Source of the DNA: Myxococcales bacterium
Lineage (GTDB): Bacteria; Myxococcota_A; Polyangia; Polyangiales; DASUME01
Assembly: GCA_047601445.1 (NCBI GenBank)
Contig: JASGJH010000001.1
Span: 1,632,001 to 1,696,000 of the forward strand
Direction: 5' to 3'
Length of the DNA stretch: 64,000 nt
Below, piece by piece: positions 10,648 to 20,792 of the stretch (the stretch's first letter is position 1; the number at the start of each line of letters is the position of its first letter). The notes below the pieces were generated by a model, which was not told where the DNA came from, did not search any database, and saw nothing but the letters and a program-made list of their open reading frames with translations. Both the position numbers and the translations under genes were made by a program.

Positions 10648-11211
10648 ATGGAGAAGCGCCCTCGAGTCCAATGGAGCCGCACCGCGCGAGCGTGCCTGCT
10701 GCTTACATGCCTGGCGCTGCCGTGCATCGCACTGGCTCAGCAGGTCCCCGCCGCCATTCGGGCTGCGATTCTGCTCCGTTCGTTGTCCTACGAAAAGGGC
10801 TTCGCTGCCGGCACCGGCCCCGCCACGGTGCTGGTTCTGAGCGGCTCCAACGGGACCAGCGACGGCAACGAGACGGCCGCCTCCATGAAGAAGCTGGCGA
10901 CCAGCGGCGGCTCCACCCGTCAGCTGCGCGTGGAGACCTCGAGCTCCGACGCGAGTGCGGCCGAGGCGAAGCGGACCAAGGCCCAGGTGGTGTATGTCGC
11001 CAGCGGCAACGAGCGGGCCCTGTCGGAGCTCTCCGAGCTCCATCACATCATCGTGCTGTGCGGCGATCCCGCGGGCATCGGCAAAGGCTGCGTGCTGAGC
11101 GTCGAAGTCTCCGGGACGAGCTCGCGGCTCGTCATCGACTTGGCCCGCGCGACCAAGCTGGGATTGCAGCTCGACGCGCGCATTCTCCGCCTCGCGCGCG
11201 TGGTCCGCTGA
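10648..11211 (+). CDS. yfiR: YfiR/HmsC-family periplasmic protein
   Basis: Signal peptide, IRAAILLRSLSYE, C-terminal LVIDLARATKLGLQLDARILRLARVV matching the YfiR INLxAAxxAGLxISSxLLxLA pattern. Confidence 0.8.
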   Translation: MEKRPRVQWSRTARACLLLTCLALPCIALAQQVPAAIRAAILLRSLSYEKGFAAGTGPATVLVLSGSNGTSDGNETAASMKKLATSGGSTRQLRVETSSSDASAAEAKRTKAQVVYVASGNERALSELSELHHIIVLCGDPAGIGKGCVLSVEVSGTSSRLVIDLARATKLGLQLDARILRLARVVR

Positions 11212-11233
11212 GCCGCTGGCTCGACGAGGAATC

Positions 11234-12754
11234 ATGGGTACGTTCATCTCGATTCGATTCAAGATCGCCGCGTTGATCGCCTTGCTGGGCTTCGCGTTGG
11301 CAGGTTTGGGAGCCGCCGCACTGCCGCGCTACGCGGCGAGCGCCGAGCGCGAAGGTCTGGAGCAACGCGCCGCGGGCGCCGCGGCCATGCTCGCAGGAGC
11401 CGTCTCGCCGGCCCTGGAGTTCGACCAACCCGATACGGCGCGCGAGATCCTGGAGGTGGCCCGCGAGGATCGCCTGGTGCGCTGGGTGGCTGCCTACTCG
11501 GATAGCGGCAAGCTCGCGGTGGCCGTGGGACGCGGCGCACTCGATCGCGTCGAAAAGGTCGACTCCGCGCGCCTGCTGAGCGGAGACAATGCCAGCATCG
11601 TGACGCTCGCCCCCTCGCGCTCCCAGGGCAAGGTGGTGGGCGCTGTCGTGGTGGCCCTCGACTCCCGCGGCATCGGCCTGCGTGAAGAGCAGACCCGACG
11701 CGCGATCCTGCTGCAGGCCACCGTGCTCAGCGCGGTGTTCGTGCTGCTCTCCATCTGGTTGTCCGGCCGCATGACCCGCGTACTCGGTAAGATTGCCGCG
11801 GCGGCGGAGCGCATCGCGCGCGGAGACGTGACCGAGGACTTCGCGCTCGAGCATCCGAACGACGAGCTGGGCAAGATGGCCCACGAGTTCGTCCGGATGG
11901 CGCACCGGCTGCGCGAGCTGCAGCAGAACGCGGCCCGCGTGGCGGCGGGCGACCTCGACGTGAGACAAACGGGCGACGGCGAGCTCTACGTCTCGTTCCG
12001 CACCATGGTGAACAACCTGCGCACCCTGGCGGCCCGCATCGGTGCGAGCTCCGACGCGGTGGCCCAAGCCGCCGCCGCGCTGTTCTCCGCCACGCGTGAG
12101 CACGAGGCCTCGGCAACGCAGCAGACGGCCTCGGTGGAGGAGATGCGGCGCACGCTCGAGTCGTTGGCGTCTTCGGCCGAGCGCGTCAATGCCGACGCCG
12201 GTCAGGTGCGCGACATGGCCGAGCGCAGCTTGCACAGCTCGCAGCAGACCGCCGACCAGACCAAGCTCGTGAGCACCCACTCGGACCGCATCGGCGAGAT
12301 CCTCACCTTGATCCAGGACATCGCGGACAAGTCGGATCTGCTCGCGCTCAACGCGGCCCTCGAGGGCACCAAGGCGGGCGAAATCGGGCGCGGTTTCTCG
12401 CTGGTGGCCGCCGAGATGCGGCGTCTCTCCGAGCACGTGGTCGACTCGGTGCGCGACATCCGCAAGCTGGTCGCGGACATGCGCACGGCGTCCCACGCAT
12501 CGGTGCTGGCCACCGAGGAGAGCATCAAGCTCGCCAAGGAGGCCGCCACCTCGGCGGGCAAGATCACGAGCGCCGTGGGACAACAGCGGGAGGGCACCTC
12601 GCAGGTCAAGGGCGCAGCCGAGGAGATCGTGCGCGTGGTCAACACGTCGCTCGATGGCACGGCCCAGATCACGCGCTCGGCCGAGTCATTGCTGCAGCTT
12701 TCGCACGAGCTCAAGGACGCAGCGAAGGCCTTCCGGCTCAACGCGGCGGCGTGA
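11234..12754 (+). CDS. Methyl-accepting chemotaxis protein with CHASE8-like sensor and HAMP domains
   Basis: Two TM helices, SPALEFDQPDTAREILE..AAYSDSGKL, DELGKMA HAMP, LLALNAALEGTKAGEIGRGFSLVAAEMRRLSE. Confidence 0.93.
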   Translation: MGTFISIRFKIAALIALLGFALAGLGAAALPRYAASAEREGLEQRAAGAAAMLAGAVSPALEFDQPDTAREILEVAREDRLVRWVAAYSDSGKLAVAVGRGALDRVEKVDSARLLSGDNASIVTLAPSRSQGKVVGAVVVALDSRGIGLREEQTRRAILLQATVLSAVFVLLSIWLSGRMTRVLGKIAAAAERIARGDVTEDFALEHPNDELGKMAHEFVRMAHRLRELQQNAARVAAGDLDVRQTGDGELYVSFRTMVNNLRTLAARIGASSDAVAQAAAALFSATREHEASATQQTASVEEMRRTLESLASSAERVNADAGQVRDMAERSLHSSQQTADQTKLVSTHSDRIGEILTLIQDIADKSDLLALNAALEGTKAGEIGRGFSLVAAEMRRLSEHVVDSVRDIRKLVADMRTASHASVLATEESIKLAKEAATSAGKITSAVGQQREGTSQVKGAAEEIVRVVNTSLDGTAQITRSAESLLQLSHELKDAAKAFRLNAAA

Positions 12755-12757
12755 AGC

Positions 12758-14891
12758 GTGCCCAGCCTCGACGAGCTCGTCCGCACCTTCCTGCGCGGGC
12801 TGCCGGACCGCATCGTCACGGCCACCGACCTGTGGCTGGACTTCGAAGAAGGCCGGCGCCCGGAATCTGACGGCGCTCAAGCGCGTCCTCCACACCGTGA
12901 AGGGCGAAGCCCACATGCTGGGGCTGTCGGCCACGGGCGGGCTCCTACAAGAGCTCGAAGGGCTGGTGGTCAAGGCGCAAGCGGCGGGTGTCGCAGGCCG
13001 CTCCGCGGGGTCGTCGGTGCTCGAAGCACTCGATGCACTGTCGGTGCTGTCGGGGACCCCCGAGCAAGGAGAGGCGACGTTCGACCTCGGACCGGTGCTA
13101 GACAGCCTACGCCATTCGGCCGCGGCGCTCGTCGTGGCCCCTTCGCAGGCCCCCGTCGCGCACCCCGAGGCTGACGCAGGAGCTTCGCCGCCGGATGGCG
13201 TCCAGGGAGCCGCCCGCCACGACGATGACAGCGACGACAGACGCTCGGTGAATCAGGTGCGGGTCGATGAGATTCAGCCCACCATTCACGATCTGCGACG
13301 CCTCTTCGAAGAGCAAGCGCAGACCCAACGACGTCTGCGCGAGGTACAGCGGATCCTGCGTGCGGTGGTGGCCGAGATTGATCCCGCGCTGCCCCCTGCC
13401 GTGCTCGGCGAGCGTGTGATCAAGACCCTGGGTGCCACGGCCGACCTCGAGCGTCGCTTGTCGGCCATCCGCAGCGAGTGGTCCGCCAACGCTTTCGCGA
13501 CCGGCCTCGCGCTCGACCATCTCTCCGACACCACGCGCCGCGCCGCAGTGGTGAGCGTGGCGCGCCTGCGCACGAGCTTGGAGCGCACCCTCCGTAGCAC
13601 CAGCAAGTCGCTCAAGAAGGAAGTCCAGATGCGCGTCGAGGGCGACGCGTACATCGACGCCGTGATCGCCCAGCGCCTCGAGCCCGCGCTGCTGCACGCC
13701 GTCCGCAATTCCGTGGATCACGGCATCGAAGAGCCGGCGGAGCGGATCGCCCGGGGCAAAGCCGCGAGCGGCATGATCGAGGTGCGCATCTCCCAGCTGG
13801 TCTCCATGGTCCAGGTCATCGTTCAGGACGATGGACGTGGGGTCGACGTGCGTGCCTTGCGCCGGCGCCTCCAGGCCGCAGAGGACCTGAGCGATACCCA
13901 GGTGCTCCACATGCTTTTTCGAAGTGGCGTATCGACACGGGATCAAGTGAGCGACATCTCGGGCCGAGGCGTCGGACTCGACGTGGTCGCGCGCGAGGTG
14001 GCCGCGGTGGGTGGATCGGCCCAAATCGAGACCACGCCAGGCCTTGGATTTCGGCTCATCCTCACGCTTCCCTCGGTGCTCCGCGCCGACCTCGTGGTGC
14101 CGATCGGAATCGGCGACAAGCGGCTGGCCCTGCCCTGTCGCAGCGTCGAGGGCTTCTCGCGCATCGCGCGCATCGAGGACACGACGCGCGGCCTGTACGC
14201 GCGCGTGCGCTCGGGGGACCAGGACGTGTCGTTGCCGGTGTACAGCCTCGCCAGCGTGTTCGGCCATAGCGCCGCTCCCAGCTCGGGTGCCCGGGGTGTT
14301 TTGGTCGTACACGAAGGCTTTCGGTTCGTCCTGGTGGTGGACCAGCATGAGAACCCGCGTACGCTGCCCTTTCAGCCCATCTCGGAGCTCGCCGTGCGCT
14401 CACGCGTGGTGCGCGCCGTGGCCCCCAGCCCCGAAGGCGTACGCCTCCTGCTCGACGTGGGCGCCCTGGTGCGCGCGCTGCAGGGCTCGACCCTCAAGGT
14501 CAGCACCGAGCAATCGCGCGGCACGGCGCGCGTCGTCGTGGTGGAGGACGCACCGGTCGCGCGCGAGCTCCTGTGCGGCATCTTGCGTTCGTTCGGGCTC
14601 GAGGTGTTCGAGGCAGCGCACGGGCGCGAGGGGCTGGCCGTGATCCGGGAGCGGGCGCCGAACCTCGTACTCAGTGACGTCGAGATGCCCTTCCTGAGCG
14701 GGCTCGACATGGTGAGTACGCTTCGGCAGGAGGCGCGCTTCGCCGATCTGCGCGTGATCTTCCTGACCACCGACACCAGCGAAGTCACGCGCCGCAGAGC
14801 CGGCGCCCTGGGTGCCGTGGGCTTTCTCTCCAAGCAACGCTTCGTTGAGGACGAGCTCAGGAGGTTGGTCGACTCGTGCCTGGCACTCTGA
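12758..14891 (+). CDS. cheA: Hybrid CheA (Hpt-HATPase-CheW-REC), frameshift near 12862
   Basis: LHTVKGEA Hpt, HAVRNSVDHGIE, DDGRGVD, STRDQVSDISGRGVGLDVV, C-terminal REC (VVEDA..SDVEMP). Confidence 0.92.
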
Positions 14892-15841
14892 TCTCGGCCC
14901 CAGTGCGCGTGGTGATCGCGGACGACTCCGCCATCGCTGTCTCGCGCCTGGCTCAGCTCCTATCCGAGGAGGCCGGCATCGTAGTGGTGGGAACCGCAAA
15001 CAGCGCCGACGAACTCGAGGCGCTGGTCGACAAGCTCAAGCCCGACGCGGTGACCCTGGATATCCTGATGCCGGAGCGTCCCGGCTTGTCTGCCATCCGC
15101 GGGCTCTCGACGCGCACGCAAGTGGTGGTCGTGAGCGACATCGAATCCGGCTCGGCCCTGGCGGGGGAGGCGCTCGCGCAAGGAGCTGCGCTGTTCGTGT
15201 CCAAGCGCGAGCTCGGCAGCCCCGCAGGAGCAGCGCGGCTGGTGAGGGCGCTGCTACAGCACGCGCAGGCGCCCCGGCCGCTGCAGCTGGTGGCGATCGC
15301 AGGTTCCACCGGAGCCATGCCGGCCCTCGAGCAGATCATCCCGGACCTGGCAGATTGTCCGGCCGCCTTCGTCATCGTCCAGCACCTCCCTGCTGCGCGC
15401 ATGCCCGCATTCGCCGAGTGGATCTGCGAGCTCGGACTGCCGAGTGAAACGCTGCCGGGCGCGCGTGCGCTGCGTCCCGGTATGGCCTGGGTCGCCCCTG
15501 GTGACCGACACCTGCGAGTGGTGGGCTCCCATGCGACCCTCGACGATGGTGAGCCCGTGATGGGACACAAGCCTTCGGCCACCGTCATGGTGTCCTCGCT
15601 CGTGCGCCTGGCCGCGCGCACCACGCTCATCATCCTCTCCGGCATGGGCAGCGACGGCGCCTCCGCCGTGCCTGCATTCGTAGCGGCCGGAGGCAAGCTC
15701 GTGGTGCAGCAGCCCAGCACCTGTGCAGTCCCCGGAATGCCCGAGGCAGCATTGGCGGCCAGCCCACGCTGCCACGAGCTCGGGCCTCGGGAGATCGGTC
15801 GCTTCGTCACCGGCAGCCTGAGCGCGCGCCGCCATGTCTAA
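14876..15841 (+). CDS. cheB: CheB methylesterase with REC domain
   Basis: VIADDS/TLDILMP receiver; catalytic GSTG, VQHLP, SGMGSDG. Confidence 0.92.
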   Translation: MPGTLISAPVRVVIADDSAIAVSRLAQLLSEEAGIVVVGTANSADELEALVDKLKPDAVTLDILMPERPGLSAIRGLSTRTQVVVVSDIESGSALAGEALAQGAALFVSKRELGSPAGAARLVRALLQHAQAPRPLQLVAIAGSTGAMPALEQIIPDLADCPAAFVIVQHLPAARMPAFAEWICELGLPSETLPGARALRPGMAWVAPGDRHLRVVGSHATLDDGEPVMGHKPSATVMVSSLVRLAARTTLIILSGMGSDGASAVPAFVAAGGKLVVQQPSTCAVPGMPEAALAASPRCHELGPREIGRFVTGSLSARRHV

Positions 15842-16937
15842 GTCGCTCGACCAACTCCTGACTGGCTTGCTCCACGAGCGCCTCGGACACATGGGACCAT
15901 GGCCGGCCCACGTGCGGCGCTTCGTGAGGGAGCGCGCCGAGGCTGCCCGCCTGTCGGAGCTCGAATGGCTCGAGCGTGTGAGAGGTCGACCCGACGAACT
16001 GTCGGCCCTCGTGGACGCGGCCACGGTGAACCACACGTCGTTCTACCGGCATCGCGAGCACTTCACACAGCTCGCGGCCAGCTTGCCGCGCCTACTGACG
16101 CGCAGAGCTCCGCTCCGCGTTTGGTCGGCGGGTTGCTCGACCGGCGAGGAGACCTGGAGCATCGCCCTCACCCTAGCGGCCCACGGCGCACCGTTCCACC
16201 TGCTCGCCACGGATGCCTGCTCCCGCGCAGTCAGCGTGGCTCGGCGCGGGCACTATGCGGCCGCCCTGACCCACGGCCTGCCGGGGCACGACGGCGGGCT
16301 GGCGTTCACCGCGCCGGCCGACTTGCGCAAGCACGTGCGCTTCGAGGTCGGCACGCTGCTCGACGAGCTGCCGTCCGGGATTCGCGGCCCCTTCGACATC
16401 ATCTTCTGCCGCAACGTGCTGATTTACGTGTCGCCAGAGTATCTCCGGCGCGCCTGGGGCCGCTTCGTCTCGTTGCTTTCGCCCTGGGGCGTGATGGCGG
16501 TCGCTCCCGTGGAGTCCTTGCACGGGGTCCCCACGTCGCTGCGACGCCGGGGTCCGCTCGGCTGGCTCGAACCGTCGGAGACCGCGGCCCCCTCGCAAGC
16601 TCCTGCGGAACCTCGCCCACGCGCAGTGGCCGCTCCTGTCAGACCCGCCGAGCTGCCGAACGACGCGGAGGCGGCCGATCCCTCACTCGCCACGGTCGAA
16701 CACTACCTGTCGACCGGCGACCTGGGAGCCGCCGAAGATGCACTCCACGAGTTGCTCGCGCGCAACGACGACGGAGTCGCGTGGTTCCTGCTCGGAGAGG
16801 TGTGCGCCAAGCGCGGCGCGACGGCGCAGGCGAAGGTCGCTTTTAATCGTGCCAGCACGGCAACCTGGACCTCGGGCAGCAATGACCTGGAGACCATCCG
16901 TGCAGCCGCCAAGCGTCGGGCTCGACAGTGTGGTTGA
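15834..16937 (+). CDS. cheR: CheR methyltransferase with C-terminal TPR
   Basis: NHTSFYR, VWSAGCSTGEE, DIIFCRNVLIY, TPR-like AWFLLGEV..AKVAFNRA. Confidence 0.92.
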   Translation: MSKSLDQLLTGLLHERLGHMGPWPAHVRRFVRERAEAARLSELEWLERVRGRPDELSALVDAATVNHTSFYRHREHFTQLAASLPRLLTRRAPLRVWSAGCSTGEETWSIALTLAAHGAPFHLLATDACSRAVSVARRGHYAAALTHGLPGHDGGLAFTAPADLRKHVRFEVGTLLDELPSGIRGPFDIIFCRNVLIYVSPEYLRRAWGRFVSLLSPWGVMAVAPVESLHGVPTSLRRRGPLGWLEPSETAAPSQAPAEPRPRAVAAPVRPAELPNDAEAADPSLATVEHYLSTGDLGAAEDALHELLARNDDGVAWFLLGEVCAKRGATAQAKVAFNRASTATWTSGSNDLETIRAAAKRRARQCG

Positions 16938-17055
16938 CAATCTGAAGCCTTCAACCCGTGTGCGAACTCAGAACTCCTGCGGAGCCACCCGACCGCATAC
17001 GCGGAGCCGACGCCCAGGCTAGACAACCCCTGAGAAAGCGAGGATGCTCCCGCGC

Positions 17056-17976
17056 ATGCGCAGCCCGAGCCTACTTCTCGCCTTGTCGCTAGGAGCCGCC
17101 TGCAACGCTGGCTCGGATCCAGGCCACCTGGATGCAGGCCTCGCCCCAGACGATGCGGGCATGCAGGCACAAATGGACGCGGCGACGCACGCGGACGCCA
17201 GCGATCACGAGCGCGATGCTTCGCAGCCAGGCAAGCATGGCGACGCCGGCACCGACGCCGCGGTCGACCTGGCTCTGCCTCCCATCAACGCCGGCTTCGA
17301 CTACCAGTTGGGCGGCGGCTATCCACCGCCCAGTGGCGTGGGCATCGTGTCGCGGGATCGCACGGACGAGCCCGCCAAGGGACTCTTCAACGTCTGCTAT
17401 GTCAACGGTTTTCAGGTCCAGCCAGGCGAGGAGCAACGCTGGGCACAGGACCTCATCCTGCGTGACGCAGCCGGCAACGCCATCATCGATCCGGACTGGA
17501 ACGAAGCCCTGCTCGACGTGAGTACGGCGGACAAGCGCACGCGCATCGCGGCCATGCTGAACGGCTTCATGGACGGCTGCGCGAACGCCGGCTTCGATGC
17601 GGTCGAGATCGACAACCTCGACAGCTATGCGCGCTCCAAGGGCAAGCTCACGCAAGCCAACGCGGTGGCACTGATGGCATTGCTCTCCGGGCACGCGCAC
17701 TCGCGCGGCCTCGCCATCGCTCAGAAGAACAGCACCGAGCTGCTCGCGCGCCGCGCCGAGATGGGCACCGACTTCGCCGTGGCCGAGGAGTGCAGCCGCT
17801 ACGATGAGTGCAAAGACTACGTGGATGCCTACGGGTCCCACGTGTTGATGATCGAATACCGGAAAGCCGACTTCGACAAGGGCTGCAAGGCCTACGGCAG
17901 CACGCACTCCATCGTGTTGCGCGACCTCGACCTGGTTCCGAAGGGTCAGGCGGGCTATCTGTTCGACGACTGCTGA
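17056..17976 (+). CDS. GH114 endo-alpha-1,4-polygalactosaminidase-like lipoprotein
   Basis: FDYQLGGGY, VCYVNGFQVQPGE, GFDAVEIDNLDSY, AQKN, AVAEEC. Confidence 0.85.
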   Translation: MRSPSLLLALSLGAACNAGSDPGHLDAGLAPDDAGMQAQMDAATHADASDHERDASQPGKHGDAGTDAAVDLALPPINAGFDYQLGGGYPPPSGVGIVSRDRTDEPAKGLFNVCYVNGFQVQPGEEQRWAQDLILRDAAGNAIIDPDWNEALLDVSTADKRTRIAAMLNGFMDGCANAGFDAVEIDNLDSYARSKGKLTQANAVALMALLSGHAHSRGLAIAQKNSTELLARRAEMGTDFAVAEECSRYDECKDYVDAYGSHVLMIEYRKADFDKGCKAYGSTHSIVLRDLDLVPKGQAGYLFDDC

Positions 17977-18053
17977 GCGCTCGCTCTCCCGACGCTCGCT
18001 ATTCTGCGACCGGTCGCCAGTTCGCGCGCGAGGCTGAGGTTGGTCCTCTGCCC

Positions 18054-19551
18054 TCAATGTTCTCCGTGCTGCAGCTCTCGCGCGAGCTTGTCGGCAGCGC
18101 GGGCCGCGAGCGCCATTGCGGTGAGTACGGGGTTCTTCTCGGGTCCGGTGGTGAATACGGCAGAGTCCGCGACCACCACGTTGCGTACGCCGTGCACGCG
18201 TGAGTAGGCGTCGACCACCCCCAGCGCAGGTGAGGCGTGCATGCGACACGTCCCCCCGTAATGCACGGAGTTGCCCGGCGCCTCGAGCTTCCACAGCTCA
18301 ACCTTCGGTGCCCACCCTGCGCGAGCGAGCACCTCGAGCAGCTCTTCCCGCGCCCGCTCCAGCGTCTCGCGTGCCAACGTCGGGTGTCGCAAGTGTACCC
18401 GCACGCGCGAGCGTCCCCCACGGCCGACCCCGGGCGCGAGCTCCACGAAGTCGTCGCGACTGGGTGCCATCGTCCCAAACACACTGAAGCCGAGCGAGCT
18501 CGAACGACCAGGCCGTCCGCGCAGCGCGCTCCGCAACAGGGCGGGGGTGCCACACCACTGCATGAATGCGGCCGCATAGAGCGGCTCTGCACGTTCGAGC
18601 GCAGGCCGCGTGATGTAGCTGGCCGGATAGATCGACACCGGACGAGCCAGTTTGACGATCAACTTGGCGAGCGGATGATCGTGGAGATAGCGCCCCACGA
18701 CGCCATGTTGGTTCCCAAGCCCCGCGGGAAACTCGGCATTCTTCGACTCGAGCAAGATCTGCGCGCTGCCGAGGGCACCGGCCGCCAGCACCACCGCGCG
18801 ACAGGCGAGCCGCTCGGTGCGCCCGGTCCCCTGGTCACGAACACGCAGCGCGACCACCCGCCGCTCTTCGCGCGACCACTCGAGACCAAGCACCTGAGCG
18901 TCGTGGCGAATCGCGAGGTTACCCACGCGCAACGCAGGCAGCAGCAGCTGGTTGAATGCATTGAAGGCCGTCGCGCTGCGCGTGAGGAGCGAGCTCGCAC
19001 CATTGGCGTAGGGCATCACGACCACCGAGCGTCCGAAGTCCGCGGCGCTCTGCTCCACGCCCTGCCATTCTCGGCCGAGCTCCCAGGCGGTGCTTGCCCT
19101 CCCCGCAGGAAGCTGCGCTAGAATCGCGTGAGCCGGCCGCGATCCGCAAGAGTGGCTCCACCCGATCGTACCAAGGAGCGACGTCGGCGTAGTCGATGGG
19201 CCACGTGTAGGCCTCCCCGGCGCGCCGCGCGTCCAGGAAATCTTCTTCGGCAAAGCGCGGTACGGCGCACGCCCAATGGTTGGAGAGCCCACCCGGAGCG
19301 AGCGCCTCGTAGAGTTCGAGCGAGGGATCGCCGCTCGCCACGAAGTCATCGCGCTGTCGAAGCGAAGCGCGAAGCTTGGCCAGCGTGATGCCGCGCAGTC
19401 TGGCGGTAAAGCCAAGCGGGGCGTCGGCAGCCCCTGCTTCGAGCACCAAGGTCTCCACGCCGGCGCGACTCAGGAACAAGGCCGCCGCTGCGCCAGCCGG
19501 CCCGCTACCGACCACGACCACGGGCACACGGGGTTCGGAGGGCGATGACAT
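18054..19551 (-). CDS. GMC-family FAD oxidoreductase, frameshift near 19125
   Basis: VVVGSGPAG, APGGLSNHW, VVLAAGALGS, GRYLHDH, HYGGTCRM, NPVLTAMALA spread over two frames. Confidence 0.85.
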
Positions 19552-19835
19552 GACAGGCAATCCATGCAGCAACGATGCCGACCAGGGTTCCGCTCGCTTT
19601 GGCCTCTTGCGCTACGGCCATTCGTGACACCTGGCGCGAGGCGGCTCTTCCCGGTCGCCCGTAGAGGCCGCGAGCACGCGCACGATTTATCCAGGCTGCC
19701 TGCGTCCACGCAGATTTTTCGCGAAACTCGCGCACTTGGCCCGTTCACCTCGGCCGTCCGAGCACGTCACGCTGGCGCCAAACTTGCAAACTCCGCATCG
19801 CGCCCCTGTTCGCGCATGCCCAAGGACCCCACCGA

Positions 19836-20654
19836 ATGTCGCTGCCGTCTCCGGTCGAAGGTACACGCCCGCCCTGGTCGATTCCCCCATCCACGGCAGG
19901 ACTCGCCGGTGCGTTCGCGCGCGACGGCTACCTGGTGTTGCGCCGTGTGGTCGATCGCAGGCGCCTGGCATCCCTCACCGAGGAGCTCGTGGCCGAGTTC
20001 TCACGCGCCAGCGCCGCCGGCGAACTGTTCTCCGGCGGCGGTCTCCTGAGCGGACACCTCAACTGCTTTCCGGGGACCCCGTCGCGCTTCGCCTTCGATG
20101 CCTTGCGTGAGCGAGGCGTGCTCAAGCAAGTACGCGAACTGTGGCCAGACGCCACGCGCCTACCGAACATCGGCTGTAACTTCAACCTCCCGGGAAGCTG
20201 CGAACAGAACGTTCACGTCGACGGCTACGCCGCCCGCCCGTTCATCGTGGCCAACGTAGCGACGGTGGACACCACCCTCGAGAACGGCGCCATGGAGGCG
20301 ATCCCAGGAAGCCATCTGCGCCCCTATAAGTACTGGCAGCTCGCGTTGTCCGACCTGCCCCGCGTCCGCATCGAACTCGAGGCAGGCGACGTGCTCATCC
20401 GCCCGTCCACGCTCTGGCACCGCGGCATGCCCAACCGCACCCGCGCCTGCCGTCCCATGCTCGCCTTCACCTGGGAAAACGGCGGCAGCGAGCTCGCCGA
20501 TCCCTACGCACGCAACGCCGGGCGCATTACCTTCCTCCCCAACCGCTACACCCGAGACTTGAGTGGAAACATGCGCGAGTTTGCATTCGCGGCGCTGCCG
20601 CGGGTCGGCTCTGCCTATCTCTTTTTGCGGTCTCTCTTCTCCTCCTCCCACTAA
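19836..20654 (+). CDS. PhyH-family Fe(II)/2-oxoglutarate dioxygenase
   Basis: FARDGYLVL, HxD (QNVHVDG), IPGSH, LWHRGMPN. Confidence 0.85.
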   Translation: MSLPSPVEGTRPPWSIPPSTAGLAGAFARDGYLVLRRVVDRRRLASLTEELVAEFSRASAAGELFSGGGLLSGHLNCFPGTPSRFAFDALRERGVLKQVRELWPDATRLPNIGCNFNLPGSCEQNVHVDGYAARPFIVANVATVDTTLENGAMEAIPGSHLRPYKYWQLALSDLPRVRIELEAGDVLIRPSTLWHRGMPNRTRACRPMLAFTWENGGSELADPYARNAGRITFLPNRYTRDLSGNMREFAFAALPRVGSAYLFLRSLFSSSH

Positions 20655-20678
20655 CTTCTCCCCTCCGCCCCGATGCGC

Positions 20679-20754
20679 TCCCTTGGTTGGCGCCCCGCAG
20701 CGCCGGCCAGAACCAAGGGAACGCACGGGACAGGAGGACGCTGAGCAAAGGAGG
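20679..20754 (+). repeat. Partial third copy of the palindromic repeat element
   Basis: gccccgcagcgccggccagaaccaagg matches 24862-24888; hairpin tcccttggtt/aaccaaggga. Confidence 0.6.
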
Positions 20755-20792
20755 CCGTCGAGAAGGCACAGCTATGGTAGGGTGCACTCACC

